Source: an uncultured Gammaproteobacteria bacterium (lineage in GTDB: Bacteria; Patescibacteriota; Patescibacteriia; Patescibacteriales; BS150m-G62). Taken from it: 63,123 nt of DNA. A program made the translations under genes and the position numbers. The notes under the pieces are model-generated. The model did not search any database. It was given only the letters and a program-made list of their open reading frames with translations, and had not been told where the DNA came from. Location: assembly GCA_964569045.1 (NCBI GenBank), contig CAZMSR010000006.1:1-63123 (forward strand), read 5' to 3'. Position 1 is the first letter of the stretch, and each line of letters opens with the position of its first letter. Of this stretch, positions 57,158 through 63,123 are shown one piece after another.

Positions 57158-57895
57158 ATGCTTATTGAGTTTTGTTTGCCAGTATATAATGAAGAGCAAA
57201 TTATTGAATCAAATGTGCTTAGATTGCTTGATTTTTGCAAGTTAAAGTCATACGAATTTGATTGGTATATTATTATTATTGACAATAATTCAAAAGATCA
57301 AACAAGTAAGATTGCGGATTTATTGTCACGATCATATCCGAATAGAATTAAGTCTGTGAGAATCGGAAAGTCTGGGAAGGGGTTAGCTTTAAAGTATTGG
57401 TGGCATATAAGCGAGGCTGATGTACTTGCTTATATGGATATTGATTTAGCTGTTTCGCTTGAATATTTGGATAGACTTATTAATCCGATTGTATTTGGTA
57501 AATATGATTTAGTTATTGGATCGCGTTTATTGTCTGATTCTGAGGTAGATAGGTCTATGTTTCGTGAGTTTAACTCAAGAGCTTATAGTAAGCTTTCTCA
57601 GTTAATGTTGGGTCATGAGTATAAAGATTTGCAATGCGGATTTAAAGCAGCTAAGACTAGCATGTTAAAGAGATATACTCCTTTAATTAAAAATGATAAA
57701 TGGTTTTTTGATACAGAGATAGTTAGTTTTTTTAATTTAAATAATAATAAAATATTAGAAATTCCGGTTAATTGGAAAGAGTCAAGGTATGACGCTCGTA
57801 AAAGTAAGATGAGTGTGTTGCGCGATGGGTTTGATTTTCTTGTGAATTTATTAGAACTTAGGAAAAGAATTCGTGACTACAAGAGAAATATTTAA
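57158..57895 (+). CDS. GT2 glycosyltransferase, polyprenyl-phosphate sugar synthase-like (Dpm1/GtrB type)
   Basis: LPVYNEE, IIIIDNNSKDQT, YMDIDLAVS, LVIGSR. Start at ATG 57158 (track start 57140 is TTG). Confidence 0.8.
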   Translation: MLIEFCLPVYNEEQIIESNVLRLLDFCKLKSYEFDWYIIIIDNNSKDQTSKIADLLSRSYPNRIKSVRIGKSGKGLALKYWWHISEADVLAYMDIDLAVSLEYLDRLINPIVFGKYDLVIGSRLLSDSEVDRSMFREFNSRAYSKLSQLMLGHEYKDLQCGFKAAKTSMLKRYTPLIKNDKWFFDTEIVSFFNLNNNKILEIPVNWKESRYDARKSKMSVLRDGFDFLVNLLELRKRIRDYKRNI

Positions 57896-57925
57896 TTATT
57901 ATTGTTAATTCAAATATTTTGTAAC

Positions 57926-58660
57926 ATGGATTATATTGACTATATTAAAAATAAGACTCAGTTGAATTTTTGGTATAGAGCTCGTTTATCTTTAATAGAG
58001 AATTTATTGGCACAAGTTTTGAATAAAAATTCAAAAGCTACAATATTAGATATAGGTTGTGGAACAGGGACAGAGCTTCGAGTGCTTGAAAAATACGGTA
58101 AGGTTGTTGCACTTGATAAAAATTCTAAATCACTTAAAATTGCTAATAAAGTATGTTCACAGATTTTACAAGTTGATATTGAAAAAGAATCATTAGGAAG
58201 CAGGGAGTATGATGTAATATGTTGTTTTGATGTGCTAGAGCACCTAGATAATGATTCTCAAGCACTTGCTAATATATATAAATCTTTAAAAAAAGGTGGT
58301 TATTTATTGTTTTCGGTGCCTGCGTATCAATTTTTGTTTTCTTCGCATGATTATGCTTTAGGACATGTGCGGCGATATTCAAAAAAAGATATAGAAGAAA
58401 AAATTAAGTTATTAAATTTTTCAATTTATAGATTAAGCTATTGGAATTCTTTGCTTTTTCCAGTAATTTTAACTTTAAGAATTGTTAAGAAGTTTTATTT
58501 TAAAATAAAGAAAAAGCATAAACACCAAACTGAGACATTTAAATTACGGACTTTTTTTGATAATTTATTGTTTAATGTATTAAATTTTGAGTCAAATTTA
58601 ACTCAGTCAAAATTAAAATTACCATTTGGACTTACTATTTACGGTATAGTTAGGAAATAA
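57926..58660 (+). CDS. class I SAM-dependent methyltransferase
   Basis: ILDIGCGTGTEL, YDVICCFDVLEHLDN, LKKGGYLLFSVPA. Start at ATG 57926 (track start 57902 is TTG). Confidence 0.8.
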   Translation: MDYIDYIKNKTQLNFWYRARLSLIENLLAQVLNKNSKATILDIGCGTGTELRVLEKYGKVVALDKNSKSLKIANKVCSQILQVDIEKESLGSREYDVICCFDVLEHLDNDSQALANIYKSLKKGGYLLFSVPAYQFLFSSHDYALGHVRRYSKKDIEEKIKLLNFSIYRLSYWNSLLFPVILTLRIVKKFYFKIKKKHKHQTETFKLRTFFDNLLFNVLNFESNLTQSKLKLPFGLTIYGIVRK

Positions 58661-58693
58661 TTAGCATTGAATCATTATTTAGTACCAAGCTAG

Positions 58694-58731
58694 TATAACT
58701 AGATGATTAGTGAAAATTTACACCACCTTAG
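58694..58731 (+). repeat. intergenic repeat family, copy C
   Basis: tataactagatgattagtgaaaatttacaccaccttag. Its last 32 nt (58700-58731) match 63038-63069 at 30 of 32 positions. Confidence 0.7.
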
Positions 58732-58737
58732 TACTAA

Positions 58738-59463
58738 ATGGTGAGTGGATACAATAATTTTATGTTACTAAGCGTTGTTATTCCTGTTTTTAACGAGGAA
58801 AAGACAATTTTGGAAATACTTAAAAAAATTGAAAATGTCCCTATTAATAAGGAGATAATTATTGTTGATGATTTCTCTAGTGATAATACAAGAAACATAC
58901 TTTTAGCACTTGAAAAAAAATACAGCATAATTTATCAAGAACAGAATTTTGGTAAAGGCGCTGCTATTAGAGCTGGGTTTAAACGAGCAAAAGGGGATGT
59001 GATAGTGATTCAAGATGCAGATTTAGAATATGATCCGTGTGATTTTTTTAAATTAATTCAGCCTATTATTTTGGGTGAGTATAGTTGCGTTTATGGATCT
59101 AGATTTTTAAATAGTAATTTTAAACCTCAGTATTTTTTGGCTTATGTTGGAAATAAATTTTTATCTTTATTAACAAGTATTTTGTATGGTCAAAAAGTAA
59201 CAGATATGGAGACTTGTTATAAAATGTTTAAAAGAGATGTTTTAGCTGATTTTGAACTAAGTTCTAATGGTTTTGATATTGAACCTGAAATAACAGCTAA
59301 AATTATTTTAGCAGGCTATAAAATTAAAGAAATCCCAATAAATTATAAAGGGCGAAGTTTTGAAGAAGGTAAAAAAATTGGCTGGCGTGATGGTGTTTTA
59401 GCAGTATTTGTTTTACTTAAATATTTTTTTAATAGGCAGGAAAGCGCAAAAAGAGTGATGTAG
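58738..59463 (+). CDS. GT2 glycosyltransferase, polyprenyl-phosphate sugar synthase-like (Dpm1/GtrB type)
   Basis: LSVVIPVFNEE, IIIVDDFSSDNT, VIQDADLEYDP, VYGSRF, hydrophobic C-terminal tail. An alternative start at ATG 58762 is possible. Confidence 0.85.
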   Translation: MVSGYNNFMLLSVVIPVFNEEKTILEILKKIENVPINKEIIIVDDFSSDNTRNILLALEKKYSIIYQEQNFGKGAAIRAGFKRAKGDVIVIQDADLEYDPCDFFKLIQPIILGEYSCVYGSRFLNSNFKPQYFLAYVGNKFLSLLTSILYGQKVTDMETCYKMFKRDVLADFELSSNGFDIEPEITAKIILAGYKIKEIPINYKGRSFEEGKKIGWRDGVLAVFVLLKYFFNRQESAKRVM

Positions 59464-59519
59464 GGATGGTTGCCTAACATGTTAAGTTTTTGCATAGTTA
59501 TTAGGAGGCGATTTTAAAA

Positions 59520-60167
59520 ATGCTCGATCAATTTTTAGCTAATCAATCAGAAGCTTTTTTTACTATTAATTTAGTGCCTAGTATTAGCTATAATCAATTT
59601 AATTTTGTTTTACTGGTTGGATTTTTTTTTATTTTTGTATTGTTTATTTTGTTTTTTTTAAAAAAAAGAATTAGATTTATAAATGTTTATTTTAATAATC
59701 TTTTCTTAATAATAACGTTTATTTTTTGGCTTCCTTTGTATATTATTTTTACTTATAATAATTTGCATGATGCTAAAGAAAATTATAGTTATATTGAAAG
59801 AAGGCTTAAGCATAGTCATAAAAAAATCATAAGATATTGTAATCTCGGTTTTGCTATGGGAGATGGTGATAATTGGTGTAAATTGTTAACATTTATTAAT
59901 TTTGTTAAGAGGGAGGTAGAGGAGAAAAAAAGTGTTTTTATTTTATCTCGCGATATTTATTTACCATATTTGGTTTATGATCTGTATCCGTATTATAATG
60001 TTGTAAGTTCAATAAATGATGCTGATTATATTTTGCTTTATAATGACCCAAATTATTATAAAGACGGTCATGATTTGGTTAAAAGAGATAATGATGATTT
60101 TAAATTGGAAGATTATCTGGTGTACGATTATTACTCAGATCAAGCAGTGATTTTTTCTAAAAAGTAA
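59520..60167 (+). CDS. hypothetical membrane protein
   Basis: 215 aa with two hydrophobic helices followed by a Tyr/Asp-rich soluble part. No family recognised. Confidence 0.45.
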   Translation: MLDQFLANQSEAFFTINLVPSISYNQFNFVLLVGFFFIFVLFILFFLKKRIRFINVYFNNLFLIITFIFWLPLYIIFTYNNLHDAKENYSYIERRLKHSHKKIIRYCNLGFAMGDGDNWCKLLTFINFVKREVEEKKSVFILSRDIYLPYLVYDLYPYYNVVSSINDADYILLYNDPNYYKDGHDLVKRDNDDFKLEDYLVYDYYSDQAVIFSKK

Positions 60168-60173
60168 GTATAC

Positions 60174-61655
60174 ATGAAGCGTGAAAATAATATTGTAAAT
60201 AAGTTTAATTTTTTACTCGCATTTTTTTTATTTTCAATATTTAATTATTGTGTAATTCGCGCTATTTTTCTTTCAATAACTCATGATGAAGCTATTACCG
60301 TAATTTATCATGCGCAAGCAAGTTTAAGAGATATTTTTTATTTTAATGGTTCGATTTTAGCTAATAATCATCTTCTTAATACTGTGATGGTTAAATTTTT
60401 GAGTGCATTATTTGGTTTTAATGAGTTTGTTGTTAGATTACCTGCTTTATTAGGAGCTGCTTTGTATTTAAGTGGTGTTTATGTTTTTTCTTGGCGATTA
60501 TTTGCGTTTAATCAGCTTTATCGGTTTTCTTTAGTTTTTTTACTTGTAGCTAATCCTTTTTTGGTTGATTTTTTGTCTCTATCTCGCGGATATTCTTTGG
60601 CGCTTGGTTTTTTTATGTGGGGACTTTGTTTTGTTGTTGATTTTTTGCAAGAAGAAAATATTATGCAAAAAAGAAAAAAGCTTTTTATTACTTCTTTTTT
60701 GTTTGGTTCTTCGGTTTTATCAAATTTAGTTTTTTTAAATATTTTTTTAGCATTTTTAGTTACGCTATTAGTGGTCTTTGTTTTAAAATACAAAGAGCAA
60801 AAAAAATATGTTTATGAGAATGTAATGGCTAATTACTTGTTGCCGATTATGCCATCAATTTTGTTTATATTAATAATATTTACTTTTCCTGTTTTGAAAA
60901 TGGCAAGAGCTAATGAGTTGTATTTTGGGGGCGTAAACGGATTTTGGGGTGATACAATTAATAGTTTAGTTAAGTCTTTTTTTTATAATGTAAATTATTC
61001 ATTTTTTGGGCAAATTCAAGTGAAGTTTGGTTTGTTTGTGTTTATTGGCTTATTTGCAGTTATTTTGTATTATGTTGTTTTTAGATTAAAAAAGGAGATT
61101 AAAATTGAGTATTTGGTTGTAATTTTATTTTCTGTGTTTACTTGGCTAAGCATAGAGTTTCAGTTTATGTTGCTTGGGACTAAATATGTTGTTGGAAGGG
61201 CAGCTTTGTTTTTTTTGGTTTTTGGATACATATTGATTGTTATTTTGGCTAGTATTGCAAAAGAGAATTCCTTAAAATGTAGCAATGTGATTAATATTTG
61301 TTGCTTTATATTGGTTGTTGTCTTTTTTGTTCATTTTTTAAATACTTTAAATTATTATAAAACCTATACTTGGAGTTATGATAGTAATTCAAAGGATGCA
61401 ATGCTGTATATAAAGAAAATTGTTGATAGAGGGTATAAGGTAGGCTCAATTGGAGCAAGTAAAGAATATTGGCCAAGTTTAAATTTTTATAAATTTAAGT
61501 ATGATTTAAATGAAATTAATTTGGTTGGAAGATCTGGACCAGATGGGAAACATGATGTTTATTATCTTACTTTAAGAGATTTGCCGATTATTAAAAAATA
61601 TAATAAAAAAAATATAAGAGAATATAAGAAAAGTGGTGCACTACTAGCGCTGTAA
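60174..61655 (+). CDS. GT-C-fold membrane glycosyltransferase (ArnT/PMT-like)
   Basis: 493 aa, polytopic. Acidic motif ITHDEAITVIYH after TM1 and a C-terminal soluble domain. Confidence 0.6.
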   Translation: MKRENNIVNKFNFLLAFFLFSIFNYCVIRAIFLSITHDEAITVIYHAQASLRDIFYFNGSILANNHLLNTVMVKFLSALFGFNEFVVRLPALLGAALYLSGVYVFSWRLFAFNQLYRFSLVFLLVANPFLVDFLSLSRGYSLALGFFMWGLCFVVDFLQEENIMQKRKKLFITSFLFGSSVLSNLVFLNIFLAFLVTLLVVFVLKYKEQKKYVYENVMANYLLPIMPSILFILIIFTFPVLKMARANELYFGGVNGFWGDTINSLVKSFFYNVNYSFFGQIQVKFGLFVFIGLFAVILYYVVFRLKKEIKIEYLVVILFSVFTWLSIEFQFMLLGTKYVVGRAALFFLVFGYILIVILASIAKENSLKCSNVINICCFILVVVFFVHFLNTLNYYKTYTWSYDSNSKDAMLYIKKIVDRGYKVGSIGASKEYWPSLNFYKFKYDLNEINLVGRSGPDGKHDVYYLTLRDLPIIKKYNKKNIREYKKSGALLAL

Positions 61656-61675
61656 GTGAAAATTAATTAACAAGT

Positions 61676-63022
61676 ATGGGAATGTATGAATTTAAATTAA
61701 TTTTATTTTTTTTATCTATTTTTTTTCCGGGTTATTTGTTGACCTCGTTTTTGTTAAAAGGGGGGCAATTTTCATTTTTGTTTAAGCTAGCTTTGGCTTA
61801 TGGATTGGGAATTTATTTTGTAGTAATTCAGATTTTTATCTGGATGTTTGTTTTTGGGGTTAGCTTTTCGATTTTTTGGTTTTGGTTATTGTTTATTACA
61901 GAAGTGATTATTATTTTTGATATTTTTAGGAGAGGTAAAAACTTCAAGTGTAAAATTGAGATTATAAATTATATTAAAAGGTTTTTTTTAAAAGTTAGGT
62001 TAAAAGAGGCTTTGCTTTTGCTATTAATTCTATTTCAGATTATTTTTTTGTTATTTAATGCCTATTCTCGCCCGGTTGCTACATTTGATAGTGTTGCAAC
62101 TTGGGTGTATAAGGCTAAAATTCTTTATTTTGAAAATCAAGTAGAGTTAAATGATAAAACAAGTGATATTTATTTAGTTAGTGAATCTCATAATAATTAT
62201 CCTTGGCTTGTACCTCTTGTACAATTTTGGCTTTTTAATGTATTGGGTGAATTTAATGAAATTGTTGTTAATTATATTATCGTTTGTTTTTTTGTCTCAG
62301 TATTAATTGTTCTATTTTATTTCTTAAGAAGGTATCAAAACGTTGTTAATTCTTTGGTGTTAGTTTTTTTACTAAGCTCAATGCCTTTATTTTTTTATCA
62401 TGGATACAACGTATATGCTGATTTGATTCTTGCTTATTATGTTTTGTGTTCTTTTGGTTTTTTATTTTTGTGGCTTGAAGAGCGTGATAATCGATTTTTA
62501 GCAGTGAGCGCTATTTTTTTGGCAATAACATTGTTTGTAAAGTCGGAAGGTGTTATTTTTATTGTTAATGCTTGCTTACTTGTGTTATTAAATTTATTTT
62601 TTAAGGGTAAATTTTTTAAGAAGTTTGTATATTTTGTTGGCTTAATTTTTTTAATTTTGTCTCCTTGGGAATTTTTTAGAGCAAAATATTCTTTGGGTAT
62701 TTTAAATGAAGGTAATAATTTTGAGCTACATTCTGAAGTGCTACCACAATTTTTTTCTTCTTTTTTTATAACAAATAGTTTTAATCTTTGGTGGTTTTTG
62801 GTAGTGTTGGTTTTTATTTTTAATGTTGTAGGCATTGTTAAGCAAAATAATTTGTTGTTTTCGTGGTTGGCGTTAATTTTGCCTATTTTTTTGTATTTAT
62901 TGATTTATTTATTTACTGATTCATATTTAACAGTTTTAAATTATACAGCAATTATGCGAAATTTGTTAACAGTTGTTCCTTTGTCTGTGTTGGTTGTTGG
63001 CAAAAGTCTGAAAGCAAGGTAG
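61676..63022 (+). CDS. polytopic membrane protein, possible GT-C-type enzyme
   Basis: 448 aa with ~12 hydrophobic segments and the loop FDSVATWVYKAKILY. Called from topology and context only. Confidence 0.45.
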   Translation: MGMYEFKLILFFLSIFFPGYLLTSFLLKGGQFSFLFKLALAYGLGIYFVVIQIFIWMFVFGVSFSIFWFWLLFITEVIIIFDIFRRGKNFKCKIEIINYIKRFFLKVRLKEALLLLLILFQIIFLLFNAYSRPVATFDSVATWVYKAKILYFENQVELNDKTSDIYLVSESHNNYPWLVPLVQFWLFNVLGEFNEIVVNYIIVCFFVSVLIVLFYFLRRYQNVVNSLVLVFLLSSMPLFFYHGYNVYADLILAYYVLCSFGFLFLWLEERDNRFLAVSAIFLAITLFVKSEGVIFIVNACLLVLLNLFFKGKFFKKFVYFVGLIFLILSPWEFFRAKYSLGILNEGNNFELHSEVLPQFFSSFFITNSFNLWWFLVVLVFIFNVVGIVKQNNLLFSWLALILPIFLYLLIYLFTDSYLTVLNYTAIMRNLLTVVPLSVLVVGKSLKAR

Positions 63023-63037
63023 GTTGGCGGTATTTAT

Positions 63038-63069
63038 TAGATAATTAGTGAAAATTTACACCATCTTAG
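63038..63069 (+). repeat. intergenic repeat family, copy D
   Basis: tagataattagtgaaaatttacaccatcttag, matching copy C at 30 of 32 positions and in the same orientation. Confidence 0.7.
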
Positions 63070-63123
63070 GGACTGTCGCCAAACTCGCTTTAATTCATAA
63101 ATTTGGAAATTTTAAGATAAATT

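Noticed and set aside
1-63123. Search for CRISPR arrays, rRNA genes and recognisable defence systems.
   Set aside because: No regularly spaced direct repeats, no rRNA-like conserved segments and no nuclease/helicase/methylase defence gene sets were seen. Only one RelE/Phd pair and decayed mobile-element genes are present.

Overview
Strongly AT-rich, gene-dense bacterial window read in the standard code (housekeeping ORFs are full length with normal stops). The gene content suggests a reduced-genome, probably monoderm, CPR/Patescibacteria-like organism; this is inference. That content includes a type IV pilus without a secretin, an archaeal-type UMP kinase, many glycosyltransferases and lysine-rich protein extensions. 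Layout: (1) ppsA and a Lys-rich membrane protein. (2) 3.1-5.3 kb holds a decayed integrative-element remnant: a KilA-N pseudogene, a methyltransferase fragment and a large serine recombinase lacking its catalytic domain. It abuts a tRNA-Lys/Met/Arg cluster. (3) A methyltransferase and gyrA. (4) 9.4-24.3 kb is a 15-gene co-directional glycan operon with 8 GT4 glycosyltransferases, 4 SAM methyltransferases, wecB, gmd and an SDR enzyme. It ends at an IS630 remnant and a TylF-like pseudogene, with a Wzx flippase and a RelE/Phd toxin-antitoxin pair on the other strand. (5) Housekeeping block: pyrH, lgt, rbfA, infB, mutM, thiI, malic enzyme and glyA, plus an orphan two-CW cysteine-rich protein. (6) DsbA-like and TolB-like exported proteins. 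(7) 38.3-47.1 kb is a type IV pilus locus: pilM, a giant PilN-like protein, a PilO-like protein, pilB, a receiver-only regulator, pilC and two pilin paralogs. (8) 47.2-63.0 kb runs straight on from the pilins as a roughly 16 kb island of extracytoplasmic glycosylation enzymes. It holds two O-antigen-ligase-family/TPR proteins, a PIG-V-like protein, four clear and one possible GT-C enzymes, two Dpm1/GtrB-like GT2 enzymes and a methyltransferase. The pilus-linked glycosylation island is my best candidate for an undescribed system, namely a pilin or surface-protein glycosylation machine. A short intergenic repeat family, including a 32-nt direct repeat that brackets a 4.3 kb cassette, is not explained by any feature. 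No rRNA genes or CRISPR arrays were seen.
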